NCBI GenBank assembly: GCA_963827755.1
Contig: CAWHCQ010000011.1
Coordinates: 64,001-128,000 of the forward strand
DNA length: 64,000 bases
Direction: 5' to 3'
From: an uncultured Gammaproteobacteria bacterium
GTDB taxonomy: Bacteria > Pseudomonadota > Gammaproteobacteria > UBA9214
Made by a program: the position numbers and the translations under genes. Below are positions 20,771 to 31,630 of this stretch, piece by piece. How positions within the stretch are numbered: position 1 is the stretch's first letter; each line of letters opens with the position of its first letter. The notes beneath the pieces were generated by a model, which worked only from the letters and a program-made list of their open reading frames with translations, made no database searches and had not been told where the DNA came from.

Positions 20771-23423
20771 ATGGCTGAACCCTACGCAATTAAAATGCCC
20801 CAGCTTTCCGACACCATGACGGAAGGTGTCATTGTCAGCTGGGAAAAAAATATCGGCGATGCAGTCGCGCGTGGCGATATCGTTGCCACGGTGGAAACCG
20901 ACAAGGCCGTCATGGACGTTGAAATATTCCGTGACGGCTTTCTTTCCGGTCCGCTTGCAGCGATAGATGCTACCGTGCCCGTCACCGGGGCAATCGGTTT
21001 CATCGTCGCGTCAAAAGACGATGTCGTGGAAGGCGAGGCAGAAGCCGGCGGCCCCTGCAGCGGCAACGCCGGCAGCTGCTGCAGCAGCCCCCCCGGCAGC
21101 AACAGGCAGCGCCAGTCCTGCCGCTGGCGCAAGGACTGCTCCGGTCTTGCGCCCGCAGGCCGGCAAGGCCTCGCCACTGGCGCGAAAACTGGCGGCACAG
21201 GCGGGTGCCGACATCGAACGTATGACAGGCAGCGGTCCGGGCGGCGTAATCACTGCCGCGGATGTGCAGCGTGCACCCGCACCCTTCGAGGTGGCTGTGC
21301 CCGGTGACGGTCGTCCCATGAAATCGATGGAGAAGGCCATCTCGCGTGCCATGGCTTCATCCATCTCCATGCCGACATTCCGGGTGTCAGCACATATCCG
21401 TCTCGAAGTCCTGATGCGTGCTGCCAAGTCGGCCGGCGTGTCGGTCACGGTAGCGATCGCCAAGGCCTGCGGACTGGCACTGAAGCAGCATCCAAAAATA
21501 AACTGGTGTTACCAGCCGGATGACAGGCTGGTCGAGCGTGAGCAGGCCGATATCGGTATGGCGGTCGCCGCCGATGACGGCGGGCTGGTGGTGCCGATTC
21601 TGCGCAACTGTGAATCGCGTGAACTTGCCGAGTTGAATACCGACTGGAAGGACCTTGTCGCGCGTGCACGTACCCGGCGCCTGAATCCTGAAGAATTTAC
21701 CGGCGCCACCTTCCAGATATCGAACATGGGCATGTTCGGCGTCAGCTACTTTGATGCCATTGCCACACCGGGACTGTCTGCAATCCTGGCGATTTCATCA
21801 AACACCGACAAGGGCAGTGCCTTTACCATCACGGCAGATCATCGCGTGATCAATGGCGCCGATGTCGCGCTGTTCCTGCAGACCCTGAAAGCACTCATCG
21901 AGGACCCGGCCGACTGGATGGGACCCGGTGGTCCGGCCATCCCGGAAGGTGAGTGGGATTACGATGTCGTCGTCATCGGCGGCGGCCCGGGCGGTGAAGA
22001 CTGCGCGCGTGACCTGGTGGGACACAAGCTGAAAGTGGCCGTGATCAATGACGCGCCTTTCCCGGGCGGTGAATGCCTGTGGCGCGGCTGCATTCCCTCA
22101 AAGGCCTGGCGTGCCGCGGCGGACCGCATGCGTGACCGTGCCGGGGACGCCCGCCTGGGTGTTACCGGCACCAACAAGGCCAAACTGGTCTGGAAGGACC
22201 TGGAGGCCCATCGCCGCAACGTGCTGGAGACGCGTGGCGAGATGGCGTTGAAGACCGACAAGGGTGTGCGTATCGATTACCTGCACGGCTTTGGTCAATT
22301 TAAAGACAGTCATAGCATCGTTGTGAATACCTCCACCAACCAGGATGATCCGCATACCCGTGCAGCCGTTCCTTCAAACGAGGCGGGCAAGACCGTGACC
22401 TTTGGTTGTGCCGTGATTGCAACGGGTGCGCCGCCGTTCATTCCGCCGATTCCCGGTGCACGCGAAGGCCTGGAGAGCGGCGGCGTGCTGACCTCGGACA
22501 CCGTCTGGGAACTGGCTGCCCCGCCGAAGAAACTGGCCGTGGTCGGGGCGGGCGCCATCGGTGTGGAAATGGCGCAGATCTTCCAGGACTTTGGTGCACG
22601 GGTCACCCTGCTGGAAGCGCAGGAACGCATTCTTGCCGAGGTCGAGCCGGAGATTGCAAAAACACTGGCCGCTATTCTCGATGACGAGCCGCGGCTCGAC
22701 GTGCATACCTCGGCGGCCGTGAACAGCATCAGTGGTGAGCCGGGCAAGATGAAGCTCGCCTACACCGATAGCGGCGGCAAGAAGCGCAGCCTGACCGTGG
22801 ATTACGTCATCATGGCGACGGGCAAGCGCCCGGAGCTGGATGGCCTCGGCCTGGACAAGGCCGGTGTCGCCCACGAGCGCAGTATCGTGACGGCGGATGC
22901 CCGTTGCCGCACCAGCGTGCCGCATATCTTTGCAGTCGGTGATGTCATCGGCGGGCTGATGCTGGCGCATACCGCTGCCCAGCAGGGCCGGGTTACGGCG
23001 GCGACCATCCTTGGCGAGAATATGAAGTACGATCAGGACAAGGATTGCGGGGTGATTTTCTCGCGTCCACAGGCGGCATTTGCCGGCCTGTCCGTCGAGC
23101 AGGCCAAGGCGAAAAATATCGATGCCGTCGAGGTCAAGGTGCCCATGAGTATCGATGCGAAGGCAATGATCAACCATGAGACCCATGGCATGATCAAGAT
23201 CGTGGCGGACAAGGCAAGCCGGCGAATTATCGGCGTACACCTGCTGGCGGATCACGCCGACACCCTGATCGGTGAGGCGACATTGATGGTGTCGGCCGGG
23301 CTCACGCTGGAGCAGGTGGGCGCGGCCATCCATGCGCATCCTACACAGACGGAACTGTTCGGTGACCTGGCGCGGAGGCTGCTGTCACGCCTGCAGCGCA
23401 GCAGGAAAAAGACCAAAGCTTGA
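20771..23423 (+). CDS. pdhC: Fused dihydrolipoamide acetyltransferase (E2) and dihydrolipoamide dehydrogenase (E3); frameshift near 21055
   Basis: Lipoyl domain (VETDKA), E3-binding domain (ASPLARKLA...GSGPGG), E2 core (DHRVING), then in frame DVVVIGGGPGG, GGECLWRGCIPSK, GAGAIG and HPTQTE. Confidence 0.9.
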
Positions 23424-23487
23424 TCAAGGCTGGATTGCCGGTGTTGAGGATTGAGCGCAGGACATAACGGGCTGCACGCTATAGCCT

Positions 23488-23567
23488 GTAGCCTGGATAA
23501 AGCGTAGTGGAATCCGGGGGTGCGGAGCTGCCCGGCCCCGGATTACGTTGCACTCCATTCGGGCTAC
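23488..23567. repeat. REP doublet, family B (GTAGCCYGGAT...ATCCGGG), inverted pair
   Basis: GTAGCCTGGATAAAGCGTAGTGGAATCCGGGG facing CCCCGGATTACGTTGCACTCCATTCGGGCTAC. Confidence 0.75.
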
Positions 23568-23600
23568 AATATTTCCCCGGGAATTAATGGAAAAACAATA

Positions 23601-24827
23601 ATGTCAGATATCAGGAAAGTTGTGCTTGCCTACTCCGGTGGTCTCGATACCGCCGTTATCCTCAAATGGCTGGTGGAGGTGTACGAGTGCGAAGTCGTCA
23701 CCTTCACCGCCGACATCGGCCAGGGAGAGGAAATCGAGCCGGCGCGTGCCAAGGCCAAGGCCATGGGCATCAAGGAAATCTACATCGAAACGCTGAAGGA
23801 AGAGTTTGCACGCGATTACGTGTTCCCGATGTTTCGCGCCAATACCCTCTACGAGGGCGAGTATCTGCTCGGTACCTCGATAGCCCGTCCGTTGATTGCC
23901 AAGCGGCTGGTCGAGATTGCCCGTGAAACCGGTGCCGATGCCATTGCGCACGGCGCAACGGGCAAGGGAAATGACCAGGTGCGCTTTGAACTCGGGGCCT
24001 ATGCGCTGAACCCCGATATCAAGATCATCGCACCCTGGCGGGAGTGGGACCTGACCTCGCGGCAAAAACTGCTCGACTATGCGAAGCAGCACGGCATCGC
24101 CGTCGAACACAAAAAAGGCGGGAAATCGCCGTATTCCATGGATGCCAATTCCCTGCATATTTCCTATGAAGGCGATGTGCTCGAAGACCCGTGGGCGGAG
24201 CCGGAAGAGAAAATGTGGCTGTGGACCGTCTCACCCATGAAGGCGCCTGCAAAGCCCACCTATGTCGAAGTAGGCTTCGAGCATGGCGACCCTGTTTCCA
24301 TTGACGGCAAGTCCAGCAGTCCCGGGCTGGTGATGGAGGTGTTGAACAAGCTTGGCGGGGCCAATGGCATCGGGCGTTCCGACATTGTCGAGAACCGTTA
24401 CGTCGGCATGAAGTCACGCGGTTGTTACGAGACGCCGGCCGGTACGATTCTGTTAAAGGCGCACCGTGCAATGGAATCACTGACGCTGGACCGTGAAGTG
24501 GCGCACCTGAAAGACGAACTCATGCCTCGCTATGCAAGCCTGGTCTACAACGGCTACTGGTGGAGCCCCGAACGGAAAATGCTGCAGCAGATGATCGATG
24601 CCTCGCAGGAGACAGTCAACGGCACCGTGCGTCTGAAACTTTACCGGGGTAATGTCATCGTGGTTGGCCGCAAGTCTGATAGCGACAGCCTGTTCGATGA
24701 GCGCATCGCAACATTTGAAGATGATGCCGGTGCCTATAACCAGAAAGATGCCGAAGGTTTTATCAAGCTGAATGCATTGCGCATGCGTATTGCAGCCAGG
24801 CAGAAGAAGACCGGCAAGCGCAAGTAG
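23601..24827 (+). CDS. argG: Argininosuccinate synthase
   Basis: [22 protein letters not shown] and [16 protein letters not shown]. Confidence 0.97.
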   Translation: MSDIRKVVLAYSGGLDTAVILKWLVEVYECEVVTFTADIGQGEEIEPARAKAKAMGIKEIYIETLKEEFARDYVFPMFRANTLYEGEYLLGTSIARPLIAKRLVEIARETGADAIAHGATGKGNDQVRFELGAYALNPDIKIIAPWREWDLTSRQKLLDYAKQHGIAVEHKKGGKSPYSMDANSLHISYEGDVLEDPWAEPEEKMWLWTVSPMKAPAKPTYVEVGFEHGDPVSIDGKSSSPGLVMEVLNKLGGANGIGRSDIVENRYVGMKSRGCYETPAGTILLKAHRAMESLTLDREVAHLKDELMPRYASLVYNGYWWSPERKMLQQMIDASQETVNGTVRLKLYRGNVIVVGRKSDSDSLFDERIATFEDDAGAYNQKDAEGFIKLNALRMRIAARQKKTGKRK

Positions 24828-25000
24828 CGTGGGTGCCACTGCGCAGGTTTGAAATGCGCTGTAGTGCCTGTAGTAACAGTGCTTGCTCCCGCAGCTGCGT
24901 CAGGGGAGAGATAGTAACAGGCCTTCATGGCTCTGGCTTTTATTGACGTTGCGATCCTTGCGTCATTGCGAGAGTCTTGATTTCCGAATGGAGAAAAGTC

Positions 25001-25495
25001 ATGTTTTCAGTATTGTCCAAACGCCTTGTTAACAGCGCCGGTTTTCTGTTCTGCGCGGGCCTGCTCGGTTTCGGCCTGTATCTCCAGTTTCTCAAGGACC
25101 TCGAGCCCTGTCCACTGTGCATCTTTCAGCGTATTACTTTCATATCCATGGGGCTGATTTTCCTGGTTGCGGCAATCCACAATGCCGGCCGGATCTTCAG
25201 CCGGGTCTATGCCCTGCTATTAGCCGCGCTCGGCCTGACCGGTGCCGCTATTGCGGCGCGGCACGTGTGGATACAGCACCTGCCGGCGGACCAGGTGCCG
25301 GAGTGCGGACCATCGCTGGAGTACATGCTGGAGGTGTTCCCGCTCGGCGAGGCGCTCACCATGGCCTTCACGGGGTCCGGGGAGTGTGCTGATGTTTTAT
25401 GGACCTTTCTTGGACAAAGCATCCCGACCTGGGCCCTGTTGTGCTTTCTCGGTTTGACCGTCGTGGGCCTGGTCAGAAACTGGTTGCCGGAGTAG
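25001..25495 (+). CDS. dsbB: Disulfide bond formation protein B
   Basis: PCPLCIFQR, second Cys pair (PECG...GECA) and four TM segments. Confidence 0.93.
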   Translation: MFSVLSKRLVNSAGFLFCAGLLGFGLYLQFLKDLEPCPLCIFQRITFISMGLIFLVAAIHNAGRIFSRVYALLLAALGLTGAAIAARHVWIQHLPADQVPECGPSLEYMLEVFPLGEALTMAFTGSGECADVLWTFLGQSIPTWALLCFLGLTVVGLVRNWLPE

Positions 25496-25504
25496 GCTGT
25501 TAGC

Positions 25505-25891
25505 ATGCGCTTGTTGCACACCATGCTCCGTGTCGGCGACCTGGAGCGCTCGATCGAATTCTACACCCGTGTCCTGGGTATGAAGCTGCTGCGCCGGAAG
25601 GACTACCCTGACGGGAAATTTACCCTGGCCTTCGTCGGCTACGGTGACGAGTCCGACCACACCGTCATCGAGTTGACCCACAACTGGGACACGGAGAGTT
25701 ACAAACTCGGTGATGGCTATGGTCATATCGCCATCGAGGTGGATGATGTCCATGCGGCGGTAGATGAACTGCAGGGCCGGGGTGGCAAGGTCATTCGGCC
25801 TGCCGGGCCAATGAATGCGGGTACAACGATTATTGCCTTTATTGAAGACCCGGACGGCTACCAGGTCGAGTTGATCGGGAAGAAGTTCTAG
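25505..25891 (+). CDS. gloA: Lactoylglutathione lyase (glyoxalase I)
   Basis: [24 protein letters not shown] and DPDGY..E. Confidence 0.96.
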   Translation: MRLLHTMLRVGDLERSIEFYTRVLGMKLLRRKDYPDGKFTLAFVGYGDESDHTVIELTHNWDTESYKLGDGYGHIAIEVDDVHAAVDELQGRGGKVIRPAGPMNAGTTIIAFIEDPDGYQVELIGKKF

Positions 25892-25998
25892 AAATCCGAC
25901 GCAGGTTGTTACTGCAGCGGCATTACAAATCACCAGCGCATCATCCGCGAAGCCGGGTTCTCCATGGTCGGAGAACAGGCAGAAATTTTACCGGGTAT

Positions 25999-26030
25999 AA
26001 AAAAACCCCGCACTCTGGCGGGGTTTTTTT
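25999..26030. terminator. Bidirectional terminator between gloA and the csp gene
   Basis: A7-CCCCGC-loop-GCGGGG-T7. Confidence 0.9.
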
Positions 26031-26054
26031 GTTCAAGCCTGTAACGAAATTTCG

Positions 26055-26258
26055 TTACCCGGCCGTCACGTTGGTTGCCTGCAGGCCTTTCGGACCCTGC
26101 TCGACATCAAAGTTGACTGTCTGACCTTCAACCAGTGTCTTGAAACCGTCGCCGGAAATTGCAGAAAAATGTACGAAGACATCTTCTCCACCATCAGCCG
26201 GTGCGATAAAACCAAAACCCTTGGAATCGTTAAACCACTTAACTGTACCTGTTGCCAT
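26055..26258 (-). CDS. Cold-shock protein (CspA family)
   Basis: GTVKWFN, KGFGFI and DVFVHFS. Confidence 0.96.
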   Translation of the reverse strand: MATGTVKWFNDSKGFGFIAPADGGEDVFVHFSAISGDGFKTLVEGQTVNFDVEQGPKGLQATNVTAG

Positions 26259-26707
26259 GTAACATACCTCTAGTATTTAAATAATATTGTTTCAATCGCA
26301 GTCCAAAAGTAAGTACAGGAGATACAGCAAGGAACTTCCGATATGACCTGTTCAACATACAACTGTGATCGTTATTAGCAAACAGCGCGTGATCTTGATG
26401 TAGATACGCTTTGCGTGCTACTGCCGGATTCTACACGATATTTGAAATAAATGCCCTCTTTTTTATGTGGAGAGGCGGCTGGCCGGAATGCGTGGTTGCC
26501 GCCTGTGTTTGTCGGGGGCGGCGGGATGTCCGGCTGCCGAACGTCAAAGGCACCAGGTAACAATAACTTCATGTAATTGAAGTAATTTTATGGAGGGCAG
26601 GTTTGTTTGACCGGGGCTGGCCTGTCCCGCAGACCCCTGCACAAGCTGTTGAGCCCGAAGAACCTGTTGCGTCCGCGTGGAGGAGGGTAACCGGGTAACA
26701 GCCAGAG

Positions 26708-27445
26708 CTAGTAGGGTTCTTTAACCAGCACCCTGATTTTCTCTATATCCCTGTTTTTGAAGTGGAACGAGAATCTGCCGTGCTTGCTGCGTTGAGCGAG
26801 TTCTATGTGCTTGGGCGATGCGCCGGTGATGAGATATTCTTTTTCCTCTACATTTTTCCGTGTAATTTTTGCGGTTGTACCGATGTGTTTTTTGATCTCG
26901 GAGACCTTGATAGGTATGTAGGTGAGCCGGTAGCGTACTGGTTTTTTGTCTTCCACGGCAGGTTCATCGTCGATGCCTGCTGTTTCTTCCGGTTCAGTTT
27001 GCGCATTCATATCGCCGGAATTTTCTGCAGACTTGTGAGCGCCGGAAAAGTCCGGGTCTTGACGGAACATCCCGTCTTCTGCTGAAGCTTCCCCGACAGA
27101 GAAGCTCGCGCGCCTCAGGTCACCGTTGCCGTCCCTGTCCATGGTTTTCCCCTGCACTTCCTGTTGAAAGTTTGCGGAAAAGCGCAGCAGTTCCGTGCCG
27201 CCTGAAACGGTAAACAGGTAGATGCATAAAACCAGCGTTGCGGTCAGTGTCGTTACATAGAGCAGAAAAGGTTCTCTCTGCTTGTCCCAGAATTTGACGC
27301 CGAAGACAATGGCGCTGACAGGCGATAGCAGCAACACCGCAAATCCCCAGCCGGGATGTGTTTTGAATGCACGAATGATCAGCCAGATCATTGAGCCACA
27401 GGCGAGCAGTGCAAGTAGCTGGGTTATCAGCGGGAGTGTATTCAT
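26708..27445 (-). CDS. Hypothetical membrane protein (3 N-terminal TM segments, acidic linker, basic small C-terminal domain)
   Basis: 245-aa ORF with a coherent hydrophobic N-terminus; no family recognised. Confidence 0.7.
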   Translation of the reverse strand: MNTLPLITQLLALLACGSMIWLIIRAFKTHPGWGFAVLLLSPVSAIVFGVKFWDKQREPFLLYVTTLTATLVLCIYLFTVSGGTELLRFSANFQQEVQGKTMDRDGNGDLRRASFSVGEASAEDGMFRQDPDFSGAHKSAENSGDMNAQTEPEETAGIDDEPAVEDKKPVRYRLTYIPIKVSEIKKHIGTTAKITRKNVEEKEYLITGASPKHIELAQRSKHGRFSFHFKNRDIEKIRVLVKEPY

Positions 27446-27638
27446 AGCAGTTATCCGGTTCCGTTATCGTTCGCCCCTGCAAAAAAGACAGGGGTCTGAT
27501 CAATGACCTTAACGGCGCCGCCGGCAGGATCCTTTAATGGCGGGCAACTGCGGGACTGCGTGGCTGCTATGAGTAAATATATATAATAATCAGATAGTTG
27601 TTTTCATAGAATATTCAATCTTGAGAAAATGCCGGGGA

Positions 27639-27857
27639 CTAGTAATGGGGTGGCGGGGGCTCATCAGCAGCGGCAGCCGGGCTTGAAGCGGCAAGGCCTC
27701 TTAACTGTTCCTCCAGGCGCTTGATGGCCTCGACATGCTTGTTGATCAGCTGTTCCTGTTTCAGCAGGATGCTGGTCAGTTCATCAATGGCAGCATCCTG
27801 GTGCATGATGCGTGATTCCAGGGATTCGATGCGCACCTTCATATCGGTGTTTGTCAT
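27639..27857 (-). CDS. slyX: SlyX family protein
   Basis: LESRIMHQD coiled coil and DEPPPPHY terminus. Confidence 0.92.
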   Translation of the reverse strand: MTNTDMKVRIESLESRIMHQDAAIDELTSILLKQEQLINKHVEAIKRLEEQLRGLAASSPAAAADEPPPPHY

Positions 27858-27886
27858 GCCGGGCAGGTTCTCCTTGATCTCCGGGT

Positions 27887-29068
27887 TTAAAGTGTTATTA
27901 CAACGGCCTTTGAGCCGTGCCTGGCCTTCTGCAAGGCCTCTTCGACCGAGGTGCCGCGGGCCAGGACAACGCCCATGCGGCGTTGCCCGCTGACCCCGGG
28001 TTTTCCGAACAGACGTAATTGCGTGTCGGGCGCACCGAGCACCTCCTCAAGATTGCCGAAGCATACCTGCCTCGATGTGCCTTCGACCAGAATCACACTG
28101 GAAGCCGAGGGACCGTGGTGGCGGATGTTCGGTACGGGTAAGCCGAGGATGGCGCGTGCATGCAGTGCAAACTGTGACAGGTCCTGCGAGATCATGGTAA
28201 CCATGCCGGTGTCATGTGGACGCGGCGAGACCTCGCTGAATATGACCTCGTCACCCTTGATAAACAGTTCCACACCGAAAATGCCGTGGCCGCCGAGTGC
28301 GGCGGTTACTTTCGCCGCAATGTCGCGTGCGCGGGACAATGCCCGTTGACTCATCATTTGGGGCTGCCATGACTGGCGGTAGTCGCCATCGACCTGTACA
28401 TGGCCGATGGGTTCGCAAAAACCGGTGCCGCCGGCATGGCGGACTGTCAGCTGGGTGATTTCATAATCAAAATCAACGAGGCCCTCGACGATGACCTTGC
28501 CGGCCCCCGTGCGGCCACCTTCCTGTGCGTAGTTCCATGCCGGGTCAATATCGTCTGCTGTTCTCAGGGTGCTTTGACCTTTCCCGGATGAACTCATGAT
28601 GGGCTTGACGACGCACGGCAGGCCAATCATCCCGATGGCCTTGTCGAATTCGTCGCGACTGGCGGCAAAACAATAGGCTGATGTCCTGATTCCCAGTTCC
28701 TCGGCGGCCAGGCGGCGTATGCCCTCGCGGTTCATGGTCAGGCGAGCCGCACGTGCCGTTGGAATGACGGTATAGCCTTCTGCTTCGAGTTCGACCAGCG
28801 TGTCGGTTGCAATGGCCTCGATTTCCGGAACAATGTAGTCCGGTTTCTCTTTTTCGATGACGGTCCGCAATGCGTCACCATCCAGCATCGAGATGACATG
28901 ACTGCGGTGTGCAAGCTGCATGGCGGGCGCGTCCGGATAACGGTCTACGACGATCACCTCGACGCCAAGCCGCTGCAATTCAATGACCACTTCCTTGCCG
29001 AGTTCACCGCCACCGCAAAAGAGGACACGGGTGGCTGTGGGTGATAACGGGGTGCCGATGCTGCTCAT
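27887..29068 (-). CDS. purT: Formate-dependent GAR transformylase
   Basis: [31 protein letters not shown] and RRMGV. Confidence 0.97.
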   Translation of the reverse strand: MSSIGTPLSPTATRVLFCGGGELGKEVVIELQRLGVEVIVVDRYPDAPAMQLAHRSHVISMLDGDALRTVIEKEKPDYIVPEIEAIATDTLVELEAEGYTVIPTARAARLTMNREGIRRLAAEELGIRTSAYCFAASRDEFDKAIGMIGLPCVVKPIMSSSGKGQSTLRTADDIDPAWNYAQEGGRTGAGKVIVEGLVDFDYEITQLTVRHAGGTGFCEPIGHVQVDGDYRQSWQPQMMSQRALSRARDIAAKVTAALGGHGIFGVELFIKGDEVIFSEVSPRPHDTGMVTMISQDLSQFALHARAILGLPVPNIRHHGPSASSVILVEGTSRQVCFGNLEEVLGAPDTQLRLFGKPGVSGQRRMGVVLARGTSVEEALQKARHGSKAVVITL

Positions 29069-29266
29069 GTACGGTGCCTGCAAATTTGAGTGAAAGGAAT
29101 CAATGTCTTATTAGGTACACGGGGTGCTTTCATATTGATTGTACGTGGTCCTGTTGAATGCCGAAGCCGCGCGGGCGTTCCTGTGCTGGAGTAAATTAAT
29201 GTATATTCGGGTCTCTGAACAGGCTCTGGCCGAAAAGTAAACCTGTATATTAAAGGTAGATTGGCA

Positions 29267-30112
29267 ATGCGCTGGAAAACAGGACGTAGAAGTTCACATA
29301 TCGAAGACCGGCGCGGATCGCGGGCCGGGCGCGCCGGTCTCAAGGGCGGCATAGGCACTATCGTGATTGCGCTGGCCCTGGGTTATTTCCTCGGAATCGA
29401 CCCGATGACTATATTGAAGGTGCAGCAGGCGACCGTGCCTGCCGGGACCGCTACCGATTGGCAGCCGACAGCAGCTGAAAAACAGGCCGCTGATTTTGTC
29501 TCTGTGGTACTGGCGGATACGGAAGACACCTGGAACGCCATTTTCCGCAAGGCCGGCAGGGAATACGAGGAGCCGAAGCTGGTATTGTTTTCCGGCCAGG
29601 TAACGTCTGCCTGTGGCATGGCCAGTGCGGCCATGGGGCCGTTCTACTGTCCGGGCGACAAGAAAGTCTACATCGACCTGTCTTTCTTCGATGACCTGAA
29701 ACGCCGCCACGGTGCGCCGGGTGATTTTGCACAGGCCTATGTCATCGCCCATGAGGTGGGCCACCATGTCCAGAATCTGCTCGGGACCAGTCAACAGGTG
29801 AGGTCGGCACAGCGCGGACTTGGCAAGGCAGATGCGAATGAGCTGTCCGTAAACCAGGAATTACAGGCAGACTGTTATGCCGGTCTGTGGGGTTATCATG
29901 CAGACCGCAGCCGCCAGGTGCTGGAACAGGGTGATCTCGAGGAGGCGCTGGCGGCTGCAAGCGCTATCGGGGACGATCGCTTGCAGAAAGAGGCGACCGG
30001 CAGAGTCGTGCCGGAGTCATTTACGCATGGCACCTCGAAACAGCGTGTTAAATGGTTCAGGCGCGGGATAGAGAGCGGTGATGCCGGTGACTGCAATACC
30101 TTTGATTCTTGA
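29267..30112 (+). CDS. Neutral zinc metallopeptidase (YpfJ-like)
   Basis: GPFYCP, AHEVGHH, ELQADC and SFTHG. Confidence 0.92.
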   Translation: MRWKTGRRSSHIEDRRGSRAGRAGLKGGIGTIVIALALGYFLGIDPMTILKVQQATVPAGTATDWQPTAAEKQAADFVSVVLADTEDTWNAIFRKAGREYEEPKLVLFSGQVTSACGMASAAMGPFYCPGDKKVYIDLSFFDDLKRRHGAPGDFAQAYVIAHEVGHHVQNLLGTSQQVRSAQRGLGKADANELSVNQELQADCYAGLWGYHADRSRQVLEQGDLEEALAAASAIGDDRLQKEATGRVVPESFTHGTSKQRVKWFRRGIESGDAGDCNTFDS

Positions 30113-30133
30113 CGGAACGGGACAGAAAAACGG

Positions 30134-30832
30134 ATGAGTGATATGGATCAAAATACCCTGGATACGGTTAACCCCGGTCGTGGCATGAGTGGCATGAAGA
30201 TTTTTCTTATCGTGCTCGTGACCATGCTGATTACGGTTGGCGTGACCTTGCTGGTCGTTAAATACTATTTCTTTCCATCGGAGTTCAAACCGGTACAGCT
30301 CAGTGTAAAGGAAGAGCAGGTGCTGGATGCAAAACTCGACAGGCTGGAATCGCTGGACGCAGCGTATCAGCCGCGCCGCAAGATCACCGCTTCCGATGCC
30401 GGTGCGCTCGAGCCGGAGGCCTATAGCGAAGAAGGTGCCGAGCGTTCGATCAGGCTCAGCGAACGGGAGTTGAATGCCCTGCTGGCAAAGAACACCGATC
30501 TTGCCAGGAAGCTCGCGATCGACTTGTCAGACAACCTGATGAGTGCCAAATTACTGATGCCGGTAGACGAGGACTTCCCGATCATGGGTGGCAAGATACT
30601 CAAGGTCCGGGCGGGTATCGAACTGGCCTACAGGAATAGCAAGCCAATCGTCATCCTCAAGGGCGTCAGCATTATGGGTGTGCCCATACCCAACGCCTGG
30701 CTGGGTGGTTTGAAAAATATCGACCTCGTAGAAGAGTTCGGCTCCAGCGACGGGTTCTGGAAGGCCTTTGCCGACGGTGTGCAGGACATAAGCATTGTGG
30801 AAGGGGACCTGCGAATCGAGCTGAAGGAATAA
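30134..30832 (+). CDS. Hypothetical membrane-anchored protein
   Basis: Single N-terminal TM and PNAWLGGLKN motif; follows the metallopeptidase on the same strand. Confidence 0.75.
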   Translation: MSDMDQNTLDTVNPGRGMSGMKIFLIVLVTMLITVGVTLLVVKYYFFPSEFKPVQLSVKEEQVLDAKLDRLESLDAAYQPRRKITASDAGALEPEAYSEEGAERSIRLSERELNALLAKNTDLARKLAIDLSDNLMSAKLLMPVDEDFPIMGGKILKVRAGIELAYRNSKPIVILKGVSIMGVPIPNAWLGGLKNIDLVEEFGSSDGFWKAFADGVQDISIVEGDLRIELKE

Positions 30833-30907
30833 ACGGGTCACCCTGTCTACCCATTGAATGCCCTGTATCACTGCACCGGTCAAGGTGTTGTCAAGGCATG
30901 GTGACTG

Positions 30908-31264
30908 ATGCCCTCGTCAACCGGTAATAACGAGTTTGTTTCGCATGTGGTCGATCTCATGCAGTCCATCGGGCCGGTGAGCGCAAAACGAATGTTCGGC
31001 GGTTACGGCATTTTCCTCGACGGCCTGATGTTCGCGCTGATTTCGAATGAAACCCTTTACCTGAAAGCCGACAGGGAAACTGAAAACGAGTTCAAGGCCG
31101 GTGGACTTGAAGCGTTTTCGTATTACAAGCAAGGCAAGGCCTGCTCCTTGTCATATTTCCAGGCGCCCGAGGAGACACTGGAACGTGCCGAGGAAATGAA
31201 TATCTGGGCAAACAGGGCTTATGCTGCGGCAACAAGGGCTGCCCCCGGAAAAAGAAAGAACTAA
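30908..31264 (+). CDS. TfoX/Sxy N-terminal domain protein
   Basis: KRMFGGYG, MFAL and LYLK motifs. Confidence 0.9.
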   Translation: MPSSTGNNEFVSHVVDLMQSIGPVSAKRMFGGYGIFLDGLMFALISNETLYLKADRETENEFKAGGLEAFSYYKQGKACSLSYFQAPEETLERAEEMNIWANRAYAAATRAAPGKRKN

Positions 31265-31522
31265 AAATACACCGCACAGTCAGAATTACGGGTTTCGCAT
31301 GGACGCTTTTGTGCGTCTCGCCGAAATTACCCGATTCAGGCACTTGACAGGGTGTTGTGTTCAGGGAACAAAACACCTGTCGAATAGTGACAGCTATCCG
31401 GTCAGGAGCACGCGGGGAAAGCGCATGGTTTTCCGGTCGTGCGGCAAGGTGCGGCAGGGCCATGTTCTCCATGTATATTGCTGAAATAAAGAGATAAAAC
31501 GTTCGCGCCCCTGTTATTTTTG

Positions 31523-31550
31523 TCAAGTTATGCCTGTATCGGGCCGATAA
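31523..31550 (+). promoter_or_regulatory. Candidate sigma-28 (FliA) promoter
   Basis: TCAAGTTA-N12-GCCGATAA; the spacer is one base longer than the usual consensus. Confidence 0.4.
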
Positions 31551-31630
31551 GGAGGTATGCGGGTCTCCCATGACCCGCAGGCGCAAGGATGACGCCCGGT
31601 ATGTGATTACTACTGTTTCCGGAGGCGGGC

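Noticed and set aside
31265-31480. CsrB/RsmZ-like sRNA
   Set aside because: Only a few GGA motifs, irregular hairpins and no terminator.
31557-31592. Leader peptide MRVSHDPQAQG after AGGAGGT
   Set aside because: The SD-like sequence abuts the ATG and would lie upstream of the predicted TSS.
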